Source of the DNA: Bacteroidales bacterium
GTDB taxonomy: Bacteria > Bacteroidota > Bacteroidia > Bacteroidales > UBA932
Length of the DNA stretch: 64,000 nucleotides
Direction of reading: 5' to 3'
NCBI GenBank assembly: GCA_017544265.1
Contig: JAFYEM010000023.1
Coordinates: 188 to 64,187 of the forward strand
Both the position numbers and the translations under genes were made by a program. Below, piece by piece: positions 11,309 to 20,910 of the stretch (position 1 is the stretch's first letter; every line of letters starts with the position of its first letter). Below the pieces are notes generated by a model, which had not been told where the DNA came from, did not search any database, and saw only the letters and a list, made by a program, of their open reading frames with translations.

Positions 11309-12622
11309 ATGAACCTTATCAAAAACCAGATTGACGAAAACAATCTCACACTGACCATCGAAATTGCGGCGGCGGACTATGCCGAGGCAGAGAAGAAGCG
11401 CCTGAACGAGTACCGCCGCAGGGCCGACATCAAAGGTTTCCGCCGCGGAATGGCCCCCGCGAGCCTTATCAAACGTCTCTATGGAGCCGAAGCGCTTTAT
11501 CAGAGCGTCAATTCAGTTGTCTCCGAGGCTCTGAACAATTTTATCCGCGATGAGAAACTCCGCGTAGTCGGCGAGCCTCTTCCGAGCGCGGACCAGCCGG
11601 AAAACGTATGGGAATCCGGCAAAGATTTCACCTTCAAGTTCGACATCGCCTGGACACCTGAGCTGAAATTCGAAATAGGCAAGGACGACAAGGTAGTCTG
11701 GTACGACATAAACATAACCGAGGCTGCGAAGAAGGACGCCAAAAAGAACCTTCTCCAGCAGTACGGCTCGCTGCAGGAGGGCGAATCCACCAAAGAAGAA
11801 GACTATATCATTGCTGATATCTCCAACGGCGAGCATAGCGCCGAAGGGGTCTATGTGTCCGTACGCAATGTCGCCGAAGCCGCCCGCAGCATGTTCATCG
11901 GCCTGAAAGCCGGCGACAAGGTCACTGTCGATGTGAATGAGGCCTTCGATAACGAGACCGACCGTACTTCCATGCTCAAACTGACCAAAGAGCAGCTTGC
12001 CGCGACAAATCCTTCCTTCACTTTCACTGTGGTCAACGTCAAGACTTTCGTCCCTGCAAGCGAGGGCGAGGAGACCTGGAACCGCATCTACGGCGAAGGT
12101 GCAGTAAAGAGCGCGGAAGAGTTCGAGGCCAAAATCGAGGAGCAGCTCAAGGCAGACCGCGAGCGTGAGGCCTCCTATCGTTTCGCCCGTGACGCCCGTG
12201 AGTATTTCATAAAGAAAGCGGCCCTCACCCTTCCCGAGGCCTTTCTCAAGAGGTGGCTTGTCGAAGTCAACGAAGGCAAGTATTCCGCCGAGCAGGTTGA
12301 GAAGGAATTCCCGGCCTTTATCGAAGACTTCAAGTGGCAGCTTGTGCGCGGTTACATCCTCCGCAAATTCGACATCAAGATCGAGCAGAGCGACATAGAA
12401 GCCGCCGCCGAATCCTACGCCGCCTACCAGTATGCCATGTACGGCATGGGCAATGTCCCCGCGGACATGATCAAGGACTTCGCGAAGCGTATCCTCTCCG
12501 ACGAGAACCAGTCCCGCCGCATCGAGGAGCAGGTCGAAGACAACAAGGCCTTCGAAGCCCTCAAAGGCGCTGTCTCCCTCCAGCACAAGAAAATCAGCGA
12601 AGAAAAATTCAGAGCATTATAG
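11309..12622 (+). CDS. tig: Trigger factor
   Basis: GFRRG ribosome-binding motif (IKGFRRGMAP), Bacteroidetes-type trigger factor, directly upstream of clpP-clpX. Confidence 0.92.
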   Translation: MNLIKNQIDENNLTLTIEIAAADYAEAEKKRLNEYRRRADIKGFRRGMAPASLIKRLYGAEALYQSVNSVVSEALNNFIRDEKLRVVGEPLPSADQPENVWESGKDFTFKFDIAWTPELKFEIGKDDKVVWYDINITEAAKKDAKKNLLQQYGSLQEGESTKEEDYIIADISNGEHSAEGVYVSVRNVAEAARSMFIGLKAGDKVTVDVNEAFDNETDRTSMLKLTKEQLAATNPSFTFTVVNVKTFVPASEGEETWNRIYGEGAVKSAEEFEAKIEEQLKADREREASYRFARDAREYFIKKAALTLPEAFLKRWLVEVNEGKYSAEQVEKEFPAFIEDFKWQLVRGYILRKFDIKIEQSDIEAAAESYAAYQYAMYGMGNVPADMIKDFAKRILSDENQSRRIEEQVEDNKAFEALKGAVSLQHKKISEEKFRAL

Positions 12623-12647
12623 CTGCTATGAAAAAACATAAAATTGT

Positions 12648-13316
12648 ATGAACGAATTTAAAAAGTTTGCAGTGAAAGACAGGGGCATTTCGTCGATGAC
12701 CCTGCATCGCTACGAGTCAGCGTACATCAACCCCACGATTACAGAGGAAAGAAAGCTCAACGTGGCCCAGATGGATGTTTTCAGCCGCCTGATGATGGAC
12801 CGCATCATCTTCCTCGGTGTCCCCATCGATGACGATGTCGCCAATATCATCATGGCCCAGCTGCTGTTCCTTTCATCCAACGTTTCTTCCGCCGATATCT
12901 CCCTGTATATCAATACTCCAGGCGGTCAGGTTTCTTCAGGCCTCGGCATCTATGACACCATGCAGATAGTCGCTCCCGACGTGGCCACTATCTGCACCGG
13001 AATGGCTGCCTCAATGGGTTCCGTACTGCTTTGCGCAGGCACCAAAGGCAAGCGTTCCGCCCTGCCGCACTCCCGTGTGCTGATTCATCAGCCCCTGGGT
13101 GGCGCCCGCGGACAGGCTTCCGACATCCTGATTGCCGCAAAGGAAATAGAGAAACTTCGAGCCGAGCTTTTCGGTATAATAGCGCAGCACTCCGGCCAGA
13201 GTATAGATAAAGTCGCCGCCGACGGTGACCGCGACTACTGGATGACTGCAGAGGAGGCTCTTGCCTACGGTATGGTGGATGAAATCCTGACTGGAAATGG
13301 CAGGAAAAACGCATAA
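12648..13316 (+). CDS. clpP: ATP-dependent Clp protease proteolytic subunit
   Basis: [29 protein letters not shown] (catalytic Ser), IHQP, RDYWM. Confidence 0.97.
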   Translation: MNEFKKFAVKDRGISSMTLHRYESAYINPTITEERKLNVAQMDVFSRLMMDRIIFLGVPIDDDVANIIMAQLLFLSSNVSSADISLYINTPGGQVSSGLGIYDTMQIVAPDVATICTGMAASMGSVLLCAGTKGKRSALPHSRVLIHQPLGGARGQASDILIAAKEIEKLRAELFGIIAQHSGQSIDKVAADGDRDYWMTAEEALAYGMVDEILTGNGRKNA

Positions 13317-14511
13317 TCACTGCATGTTCTGCGGCAGGGACGAGTCTGAAGTCCCGATGATGCTTTCCGGCCAGGATGGCTTCATCTGCAGTGACTGCGT
13401 CACCCTCGCCGCAGATTACCTGAAGAGCCTTGAAAATGGGCAGGGCGGCAAGGCGCCCGCGCCAGTGGACCTCTCCAAGGCCCCGAAGCCCGCGGAGATA
13501 AAGGCCTTCCTGGACCAGTATGTGATTGGGCAGGACAGGGCGAAGACAGTCCTTTCCGTCGCAGTTTACAACCACTACAAGCGTCTTGCCCACAAGGATG
13601 ACAAGTCCTCCGGCGACGTTGAACTGGATAAGTCCAATGTGCTGCTCGTGGGGCCCACCGGCACCGGAAAGACCCTGCTCGCAAGGACCATCGCCAAGAT
13701 GCTGGACGTCCCCTTTACGATAGTGGACGCGACTGTGCTGACCGAGGCGGGATATGTGGGCGAGGATGTGGAAAGTATCCTTACCAGACTGCTTCAGGAG
13801 GCTGATTTCGACCTTGCAAAGGCGGAGAGGGGAATAGTCTTTATAGACGAGATAGACAAGATTTCGCGCAAAAGCGACAATCCTTCCATAACCCGCGACG
13901 TCTCCGGCGAGGGCGTGCAGCAGGCGATGCTGAAACTCCTCGAAGGAACCATAGTCAATGTGCCTCCCAAAGGCGGCCGCAAGCATCCCGAGCAGGAATT
14001 CGTACATGTGAACACTGAGAATATACTGTTCATCTGCGGCGGCGCTTTCGAAGGGATTGAACGCAACATAGGCCTGCGCCTGAACACCAGCGTCATAGGT
14101 TTCGGCGCTGAAGACAGGCAGCGCATAGACAAGGACAACCTGCTGCAGTACATCGAGCCGCAGGACCTTCGAAGCTATGGGCTGATTCCGGAAATTGTCG
14201 GCCGCCTCCCGGTGGTGACCTATCTTGAGCACCTGAGCCGAGAGTCTCTCAAACGGATTCTTACGGAACCTAAAAACGCAATTCTGCGTCAGTACAGGAG
14301 GCTTTTCGAGATGGATGGCATAAAGCTGGAAATAGACGATGATGTCATGGACCTGATTGTGGACACGGCCATAGGCAACCGCCTTGGCGCCAGGGGACTG
14401 CGTTCCATCTGCGAGAAGATACTCTCCGACGCGATGTTCTCCGCTCCGTCATCAAAAAAGCGGGTCTTCCATCTGACCCGCTCTTATGCAGAAGAAAAAC
14501 TCCGCGGCTGA
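13297..14511 (+). CDS. clpX: ATP-dependent Clp protease ATP-binding subunit
   Basis: C4 zinc finger (CMFC...CSDC), Walker [32 protein letters not shown]. Confidence 0.97.
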   Translation: MAGKTHNHCMFCGRDESEVPMMLSGQDGFICSDCVTLAADYLKSLENGQGGKAPAPVDLSKAPKPAEIKAFLDQYVIGQDRAKTVLSVAVYNHYKRLAHKDDKSSGDVELDKSNVLLVGPTGTGKTLLARTIAKMLDVPFTIVDATVLTEAGYVGEDVESILTRLLQEADFDLAKAERGIVFIDEIDKISRKSDNPSITRDVSGEGVQQAMLKLLEGTIVNVPPKGGRKHPEQEFVHVNTENILFICGGAFEGIERNIGLRLNTSVIGFGAEDRQRIDKDNLLQYIEPQDLRSYGLIPEIVGRLPVVTYLEHLSRESLKRILTEPKNAILRQYRRLFEMDGIKLEIDDDVMDLIVDTAIGNRLGARGLRSICEKILSDAMFSAPSSKKRVFHLTRSYAEEKLRG

Positions 14512-14523
14512 GTTTTTTTATTT

Positions 14524-15936
14524 TCAGCCGATAATCTTTCTGGCGATTCCGATAACCTCGCCGGCGAGCGCTTCGGCTGCTTCGAGAGTCGGAGCCTCCG
14601 AATAGATACGGATGATAGGCTCGGTGTTGGAGCGGCGCAGATGGACCCATTTGCGCTCTGCTTCGAAACTGATTTTCACCCCGTCGATCGTGTTCACATC
14701 CTCGGCGGCATAGACCTTCTTGAGTTCGCTTAAAATTCTGTCTATCAGGGCGCTGTCGCTGAGTTCAATTTTGTTCTTGGCTATGAAATACTGCGGATAG
14801 GTCTGTTTCAGTTCGCTGACTTTTAGCTTCTTGTGCGCGAGATTGGAAAGGAAGAGGGCGACTCCGACCATGGCGTCGCGACCGGCGTGGATGGCGGGAT
14901 AGATTACCCCGCCGTTACCCTCTCCGCCGATAAGTGCACCGACTTCGTGCATCTTTGTGGTGACATTGACTTCCCCGACTGCAGAAGCGTAATATTTTCC
15001 GCCGTGTTTTTCGGTGACGTCGCGAAGGGCCCTTGTCGATGACAGGTTGGACACAGTAGCAATGGGCTTTCCGACTTTTTCGGCGAGTTCGCAGAGATAG
15101 TCCGCGACAGACACCAGGGTGTATTCCTCCACGAAGGGTTGACCGTCCTCGCATATAAAAGCCAGCCGGTCCACATCCGGGTCTACGGAAACTCCGAGGT
15201 CCGCTTTCTTCCTGACTACGGTTTCGCACAGTTCCACCAGATTCTGTGGCAGCGGCTCGGGATTATGGGCAAAGTCCCCGGTGGGATTGCAGTTGAGCTC
15301 TATACATTTGACACCAAGGCGTTTAAGCAGCCTCGGCATAATAATTCCCCCGACGGAATTGATGGCATCCACGACCACGGTGAATCCCGCCGCCTTTATG
15401 GCTGGGACATCCACGGCCTCAAGGGCGAGCACAGCGTCCAGATGGCGGTCTGTGAAGTCTTCTTCGGTGATTGTTCCGAGCTGGTCGACTTCGGCGAAAT
15501 CAAAGTCTTCCTTCTCTGCAAGGTCAAGTACTGCCTGCCCCTGCGCTGCGGTGAGAAATTCTCCCTTGTCGTTCAGAAGTTTAAGGGCGTTCCACTGGCG
15601 GGGGTTGTGCGACGCCGTAAGTATGATACCTCCGTCGGCCTCCGCGAACAACACTGCCATTTCAGTAGTGGGGGTGGATGCAAAACCGCATTTTACCACA
15701 TCTATACCGCATCCGATAAGGGTTCCGACCACCAGCTGTTCCACCATGTCTCCCGACAGACGGGCGTCTTTTCCGACGACTATCTTGTATTTCGCTCCGT
15801 TCGGGCTGGGTTTTCTTATGGGGAGAGTGGCGGCATAGGCCGCGGTGAATTTGACGACATCAACCGGAGTCAGAGCTCCGCCCGGCTTCCCGCCGATGGT
15901 TCCGCGGATACCGGAAATGGATTTTATAAGTGTCAT
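14524..15936 (-). CDS. glmM: Phosphoglucosamine mutase / phosphohexomutase
   Basis: Real start MTLIKSISGIRG at 15936. TASHNP, DPDVDR, GEGNGG and RRSNTEP motifs. Confidence 0.85.
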   Translation of the reverse strand: MTLIKSISGIRGTIGGKPGGALTPVDVVKFTAAYAATLPIRKPSPNGAKYKIVVGKDARLSGDMVEQLVVGTLIGCGIDVVKCGFASTPTTEMAVLFAEADGGIILTASHNPRQWNALKLLNDKGEFLTAAQGQAVLDLAEKEDFDFAEVDQLGTITEEDFTDRHLDAVLALEAVDVPAIKAAGFTVVVDAINSVGGIIMPRLLKRLGVKCIELNCNPTGDFAHNPEPLPQNLVELCETVVRKKADLGVSVDPDVDRLAFICEDGQPFVEEYTLVSVADYLCELAEKVGKPIATVSNLSSTRALRDVTEKHGGKYYASAVGEVNVTTKMHEVGALIGGEGNGGVIYPAIHAGRDAMVGVALFLSNLAHKKLKVSELKQTYPQYFIAKNKIELSDSALIDRILSELKKVYAAEDVNTIDGVKISFEAERKWVHLRRSNTEPIIRIYSEAPTLEAAEALAGEVIGIARKIIG

Positions 15937-15959
15937 AGGCAAGTACTTGGTTAGTCTTG

Positions 15960-15967
15960 CAAAGATA
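15960..15967 (-). promoter_or_regulatory. -7 promoter box (TATCTTTG) for the phosphohexomutase gene
   Basis: caaagata on +, 23 nt upstream of the ATG at 15936. Confidence 0.55.
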
Positions 15968-16102
15968 GCAAAAACGCGTAAGTAAGTCTGAAAAAACTTG
16001 CAAAATGGACTAAAAAATTGCGAAAACAACTAAAAACTTGCAAGAAAACGGAAAAGTTTTGTCAAGTCGGTGCCGCCTTCCTAACTTTCCTGAAAAAAGA
16101 CT

Positions 16103-17215
16103 ATGGAAGACAAGGTCGCCGCGCTTGCGATCAGCAAGTATTTTCAATTGAATCCGCTTAAGGCCTATAAGCTCTGGGCAGGGGAAGGCGGCTCCTGGGA
16201 AGGAGCGTTGAATCTGGCTTCCAACCTTGGGATGCCGCCGTCAGCCCTCTCTGACGCCGCGAGGGAGCTTGAAAAGGCAGAATGTCTGGGAGTGCGCTAC
16301 ATCCCGATTTCCGACGAAGACTATCCTGCGCTTTTGCGTGAGTGTACCGATCCGCCAATCGGTATTTATCTGAAGTCGGGCTCCTCGCCTGCGGAAATAT
16401 TCTCCCTGCGGCCCGCCGTCGCGATAGTCGGGACCCGGGATATGTCGCCCTACGGCAGGGAGTGGTGCGAAAGGATTGTCGATGCGCTGTCCATGGCAGA
16501 ACTAAAACCTGTGATAGTCAGCGGCCTGGCCTTCGGGATAGACTCCGTCGCGCACCGCCGCAGCCTGGAGAGGGGCCTGCCTACAATCGCGGTTATGGCA
16601 ACCGGTCCGGAAGAGGTCTATCCCTTCCGGCACCGTTCCCTGGCGGCGTCCATAGCCTCATCCCCGGGGAGTGCTCTTTTGACCAGCTATCCTATGGGTT
16701 CGCAGCCAGTCGCGGTAAGTTTTCTGTGCCGCAACAGGATAATAGCCGGCCTCAGCCGGGCGGTCATAGTGATAGAATCCAAGAAGAAGGGCGGAAGCCT
16801 GGTTACGGCGAAATATGCCATAGACTACGACCGTGAGGTCTATGCGCTTCCGGGAAGGCTGGGAGATCTCCGTTCCATGGGATGCAACTCTCTTATCCGA
16901 ACTTCGATGGCGGAACTGATTGCTGACCCGGAAGATTTGGTGGAGCGTCTCGGGCTGCGTCGCAGCAGGGCCCGCAGAAGGGTGGTGGACCTGGGGCAGG
17001 ACGCCCTCTCGCACTATCTCGAGACTAACTCGGACGGGCAGGCTTCGAAGATAGTGGACGTGCTCCTTACAGTGCGTTCCAACGCCGGAATAACGGCCGA
17101 AGGCATATCGCGCCTCACCGCCCTGCCGCTGCCGGAGGCAATCAGCATCTGCGGCCTGCTGGAATCCGACGGCTATATCACCATGGATATCCTGCAGCGC
17201 TTCTTCGTGAAATAG
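16103..17215 (+). CDS. dprA: DNA-protecting protein DprA
   Basis: VAIVGTR, VSGLAFGID, RNRIIAGLS, GGSLVTA and GCNSLI motifs. Confidence 0.93.
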   Translation: MEDKVAALAISKYFQLNPLKAYKLWAGEGGSWEGALNLASNLGMPPSALSDAARELEKAECLGVRYIPISDEDYPALLRECTDPPIGIYLKSGSSPAEIFSLRPAVAIVGTRDMSPYGREWCERIVDALSMAELKPVIVSGLAFGIDSVAHRRSLERGLPTIAVMATGPEEVYPFRHRSLAASIASSPGSALLTSYPMGSQPVAVSFLCRNRIIAGLSRAVIVIESKKKGGSLVTAKYAIDYDREVYALPGRLGDLRSMGCNSLIRTSMAELIADPEDLVERLGLRRSRARRRVVDLGQDALSHYLETNSDGQASKIVDVLLTVRSNAGITAEGISRLTALPLPEAISICGLLESDGYITMDILQRFFVK

Positions 17216-17224
17216 AGTCTGGTT

Positions 17225-18274
17225 TTAGATAATCAGCATCGCGTCGCCGTACGGGCCGAAGTTGTAACCTTCGTCGAGGGCGACCTTATAGGCATTCATC
17301 ACTTTCTCGTATCCTCCGAAGGCGGTGACAGCCATCAGCATGGTGGAAAGGGGAAGGTGGAAGTTGGACACTATTGCGTCTGGAATGGCGTACTGATACG
17401 GCGGGAAGATGAATTTGTTGGTCCAGCCGTTGAAGGGATTCACTTCGCAGTTGGTGGTGACGTAGGTCTCCAGCGCGCGCATTACAGTGACTCCCACCGC
17501 TACAATCTTGTGGCCGCTGTGCTTTGCGGCGTTGATTTCGCTTGCAGCCTGCTCGGAGATAATTACCTGCTCCGAGTCCATGCGGTGTTTGGAAAGGTCT
17601 TCCACGTCCACTCCCCGGAAATGCCCGATTCCCATGTGGACAGTGATAAATGTCTTGTCTATATCCTTGAGAATCATTCGGTTGAACAGCTCGCGGCTGA
17701 AATGCAGACCGGCTGCGGGAGCAGAGACGGCGCCTTCGTGAGCGGCGAAAATGGTCTGGAAATTCTCCTCGTCCTGAGGCTCTACCTTGTCTTTTACCCA
17801 TTCCGGGACGGGCATTTCGCCAAGGTCGAAGAGGGCCTTCTTGAACTCGTCGTAGTCTCCGTCGAACAGGAAACGCAGGGTCCTGCCGCGGGAGGTGGTA
17901 TTGTCTATGACCTCGGCCACGAGCGCGTCGTCATCGCCGAAATAGAGCTTGTTGCCTATGCGTATCTTGCGGGCAGGCTCAACAATCACGTCCCAGAGTC
18001 TCTGTTCGCGGTTGAGTTCCCTCAGAAGGAATACGATAATGTCCGCTCCTGTCTTTTCTTTTTTGCCGTAGAGACGGGCAGGGAAGACCTTGGTGTCGTT
18101 CAGCACGAAGCGGTCTCTCTTGCCGAAATACTCCACGATGTCCTTGAACAGCCTGTGCTCGATTTCTCCGGTCTTGCGGTTCAGTACCAGCATCCTGCAC
18201 TCGTCCCTCCAGCGGGGGGGATTCTGTGCTATCCTTTCCTTGGGAAGTTCAAAATCAAATTGCGAGAGTTTCAT
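17225..18274 (-). CDS. queA: S-adenosylmethionine:tRNA ribosyltransferase-isomerase
   Basis: Real start MKLSQFDFELP at 18274. LNDTKVFPARL, APAAGLHF, SNFHLP, YGDAMLII. Confidence 0.93.
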   Translation of the reverse strand: MKLSQFDFELPKERIAQNPPRWRDECRMLVLNRKTGEIEHRLFKDIVEYFGKRDRFVLNDTKVFPARLYGKKEKTGADIIVFLLRELNREQRLWDVIVEPARKIRIGNKLYFGDDDALVAEVIDNTTSRGRTLRFLFDGDYDEFKKALFDLGEMPVPEWVKDKVEPQDEENFQTIFAAHEGAVSAPAAGLHFSRELFNRMILKDIDKTFITVHMGIGHFRGVDVEDLSKHRMDSEQVIISEQAASEINAAKHSGHKIVAVGVTVMRALETYVTTNCEVNPFNGWTNKFIFPPYQYAIPDAIVSNFHLPLSTMLMAVTAFGGYEKVMNAYKVALDEGYNFGPYGDAMLII

Positions 18275-18324
18275 ATCCTTTCTGTTAACATCTATTATAA
18301 TACGACTGCCATGGGAAAAAAGTT

Positions 18325-18936
18325 TCAGATGTGAGCTTCCCGGAATACTTCCTGGATTGAAGGATAGGTATTTTTGAGGAAAGGAGGAAGGCTGGATTTC
18401 GCGACCCAGGCTGCCTTGGTGATATCTTCCTCGCGCTGAGGCGTCAGATTGGTGGGGTCCGTGTAGAGCATGTCGTACCAGTAGGTATGCTTGAGGTGCC
18501 ATACACCGCCCCGCAGGTAGCAGTGGTCGGTGACGCATATAAGCCTCCTGAGCTGCAGGTCCAGCACACCGGTCTCTTCCTGCACCTCTCTCAGGGCTGT
18601 CACCTCGATGTCTTCGCCTTCCTCCTGATGGCCCTTGGGCAGGTCCCAGAGGCCGTTTCTGGAAATAAGCAGGTAGTCGCCCCTGCGGTTGGAAACCAGC
18701 CCGCCGGCGGCATTTACCTCGCGGAACTCGGAGCAGATCCTGCGGTATGTCCTTTCAATGTCGTCGGAAGGAATGTATATTCTCTGGAGGGTCCCCTGGC
18801 TCTCGAAAAGTCTCACGAAGTGGCCGGCGTCTATTTTCTCCCCGGGGTGGTACAGCACGCAGTTCGGGTCGCCCATCGCCTCGTCGGAGGGGCTGCATAT
18901 AACAATCGACCGCTTTTCGAAATATATTTTGTGCAT
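18325..18936 (-). CDS. NUDIX hydrolase
   Basis: Nudix box GHQEEGEDIEVTALREVQEETG preceded by WDLPK. Likely start MHKIYF at 18936. Confidence 0.9.
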   Translation of the reverse strand: MHKIYFEKRSIVICSPSDEAMGDPNCVLYHPGEKIDAGHFVRLFESQGTLQRIYIPSDDIERTYRRICSEFREVNAAGGLVSNRRGDYLLISRNGLWDLPKGHQEEGEDIEVTALREVQEETGVLDLQLRRLICVTDHCYLRGGVWHLKHTYWYDMLYTDPTNLTPQREEDITKAAWVAKSSLPPFLKNTYPSIQEVFREAHI

Positions 18937-18942
18937 TCTTAT

Positions 18943-18950
18943 TATCTTTG
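18943..18950 (+). promoter_or_regulatory. -7 promoter box (TATCTTTG) for the SRPBCC-rsmF unit
   Basis: Matches TAnnTTTG, 22 nt upstream of ATG 18973. Confidence 0.55.
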
Positions 18951-18972
18951 CAGGACGCAAATATAGCAAAAT

Positions 18973-19425
18973 ATGGTACAAGTTGAAAGCAAAACAGGCA
19001 GGGTGCACCGACCTCCTTACGAACTTTACATGTCATTTACCGACCTGAGGAATCTGGTCGCCATGCTGCCGGAAGACAAGAAAAAAGACGTCACAGCGGA
19101 TTATGACACCCTCCAGGCAAGCGTGCAGGGCATGTCTATAGGCGTAAAAGTCCATGAAAGAGTGCCTTATTCCCGCCTTGAACTGGTCGATTACGGTGCG
19201 CCTTTCGCCTTCCATATAGTCCTTCATTTCGACGGAATTCCCGATGAGCCGGCTAAAACCGATTTCCATATTTCCCTCGAGGCGGATCTTAATTTCATGA
19301 TGAAAATGCTCCTTGGCTCAAAATTGCAGGGTGTGCTGGACAAGATTGTGGATTCGCTGGTGGATGTCTCGCTTGGGAAGATGCCGGAGGGCTTCGATCC
19401 TTCCAAGTTCGGCGCGAGTGTATAG
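18973..19425 (+). CDS. SRPBCC/START-like family protein
   Basis: 150 aa with the pattern ...YMSFTDLRNL...LEADLNFMMKM, resembling Bacteroidetes SRPBCC proteins. Confidence 0.6.
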   Translation: MVQVESKTGRVHRPPYELYMSFTDLRNLVAMLPEDKKKDVTADYDTLQASVQGMSIGVKVHERVPYSRLELVDYGAPFAFHIVLHFDGIPDEPAKTDFHISLEADLNFMMKMLLGSKLQGVLDKIVDSLVDVSLGKMPEGFDPSKFGASV

Positions 19426-20836
19426 CCGCTTCTTCATAGACCTGCTGACTGAATCTGTCGGGAAAGATGCTGCCGGGGCCGCTCTGGAGGCCTTTTCCGC
19501 GCCGCCTTCCGTGTCTGTCAGGCTGAACCCCGCGAAGTCTTCCGCCCTGAGTCTGGATGGTGTCCGGCAGGAGCCTGTCCCGTGGAGTCCGCATGGCTTT
19601 TTCCTCTCCGGGAGGCCGTCCTTTACCCTTGACCCGCTCTTTCATGCGGGAGCGTATTATGTCCAGGATTCTTCTGCGATGGCTGTCGGTGCGGTTTTCC
19701 GCGAGTTTGCGGCCCGTTACCGGGAATGCAGTGTTCTCAAGGTGCTGGACCTATGTGCGGCTCCTGGAGGTAAAACTACTGATCTGGCTGCGTCTCTCAG
19801 GGAAATCTGCGGGGATGATTTTCTCGTTGCCGCGAACGAGGTGGTGCGAGCCAGGGCGCTCGTGCTCAGGGAGAATGTCGCCTGATGGGGGGACCCCAAT
19901 GTGGTGGTCACTTCTGCGGATCCTTCTGCTTTTTCTTCGCTGGAAGGTTTTTTCGATATTGTCGTCGCTGATGTTCCGTGTTCGGGGGAGGGAATGTTCC
20001 GGAAGGAGCCTGATGCTGTTCGCGACTGGTCTCCGGAGACCGTAAAGCTCTGTGCGTCAAGGCAGAGAAGAATTATTGCTGATGTCTGGCCTGCGCTTCG
20101 TCCCGGGGGGCTCATGATTTATTCCACCTGTACTTTCAACCATTTTGAAAACGGGGACAATGTGCGGTGGATTGCGGAGGAGCTCGGGGCGGAGATTCTG
20201 AGTCCGGCTTCCTGTGCGGGAGTTGTCAAGACTGCTGAAGGCCTGTCACTTGTTCCCGGCCTTGTCCGCGGCGAAGGCCAGTTCGTCGCCGCCCTTGAAA
20301 AATGCCCGGGCGCTGCCGAGCGACGATGCCGTCCCGGTGGGATTTACAGGGGGTCTATGCCCCCCGAAACGGCCCTGTCGTTGTCATCGCACGCACACCG
20401 ATGCCGTCCAGGTGGGATTTACAGGGGGTCTATGCCCCCCGAAACGGCATCGGTGCTTGCCTTTACGGCAAGCTTTTCGCTGCGGGGGGACACTCTGATA
20501 GCAGTTCCGGCGGCGATTGAAAAGGAAGTTCAGGAACTTGGATCCCTGCATCCGATGTCAACGGGAGTCGCCATCGGCACGCTTAAAGGCGATACGCTCG
20601 TGCCTTCAGCGGACCTCGCCCTCTCGACGGGCCTCAGGGCCGGTGCTTTCCCGCGCTTCAATCTTTCCGAGGAGGAGGCCGTCCGCTTCCTCCGCAGGGA
20701 CTCAATCCTTACACCCGGCGCTCCGAATGGCTATGTACTGGTATGCTTCCGCGATACGCCGCTGGGATTCGTGAAGAATCTCGGGAACCGCTGCAACAAT
20801 CTTCATCCTGCTTCCCGCAGGATACTTCAGCGTTAG
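19418..20836 (+). pseudogene. rsmF: RsmF/NOL1/NOP2 rRNA m5C methyltransferase interrupted by an in-frame TGA (19883-19885)
   Basis: ORFs 19313..19885 and 19901..20836 are in the same frame (offset 588 nt). Together they give YYVQDSSAM, VLDLCAAPGGKT, NE, DVPCSGEG, YSTCT, GEGQF and a C-terminal PUA-like NNLHP..RI. Likely GTG start at 19418. Confidence 0.8.
20324..20455. repeat. Two 50-bp direct repeats (20324-20373, 20399-20448; period 75 bp, 1 mismatch) inside rsmF; copy 2 is framed by a 12-bp inverted repeat
   Basis: cgatgccgtcc(c/a)ggtgggatttacagggggtctatgccccccgaaacggc twice. IR caccgatgccgt (20396-20407) / acggcatcggtg (20444-20455). Confidence 0.92.
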
Positions 20837-20874
20837 AAGCTGTTTAAGTATGCTCGGCATAGAAAAAAAGTGAT

Positions 20875-20882
20875 TATATTTG
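20875..20882 (+). promoter_or_regulatory. -7 promoter box (TATATTTG) for the M13 peptidase-lolE unit
   Basis: Matches TAnnTTTG, 28 nt upstream of ATG 20911. Confidence 0.55.
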
Positions 20883-20910
20883 CACATTATATGAGCGAAC
20901 TGTTTACCGT

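Noticed and set aside
9096-18538. Upstream-extended starts in the ORF track (9096, 16029, 18538; also 19008, 19313, 32133, 47550, 53605, 59329)
   Set aside because: The extensions overlap neighbouring genes or promoter boxes and lack family similarity; downstream ATG/GTG starts match conserved N-termini.
19883-19885. Selenocysteine or recoded TGA in rsmF
   Set aside because: The aligned position is normally Lys/Arg, not Cys. No SECIS-like hairpin is evident, and all other genes use TGA as stop.
20324-20448. Direct repeats as a CRISPR array
   Set aside because: Only two 50-bp copies with a 25-bp gap, inside a coding frame, and no cas genes in the window.
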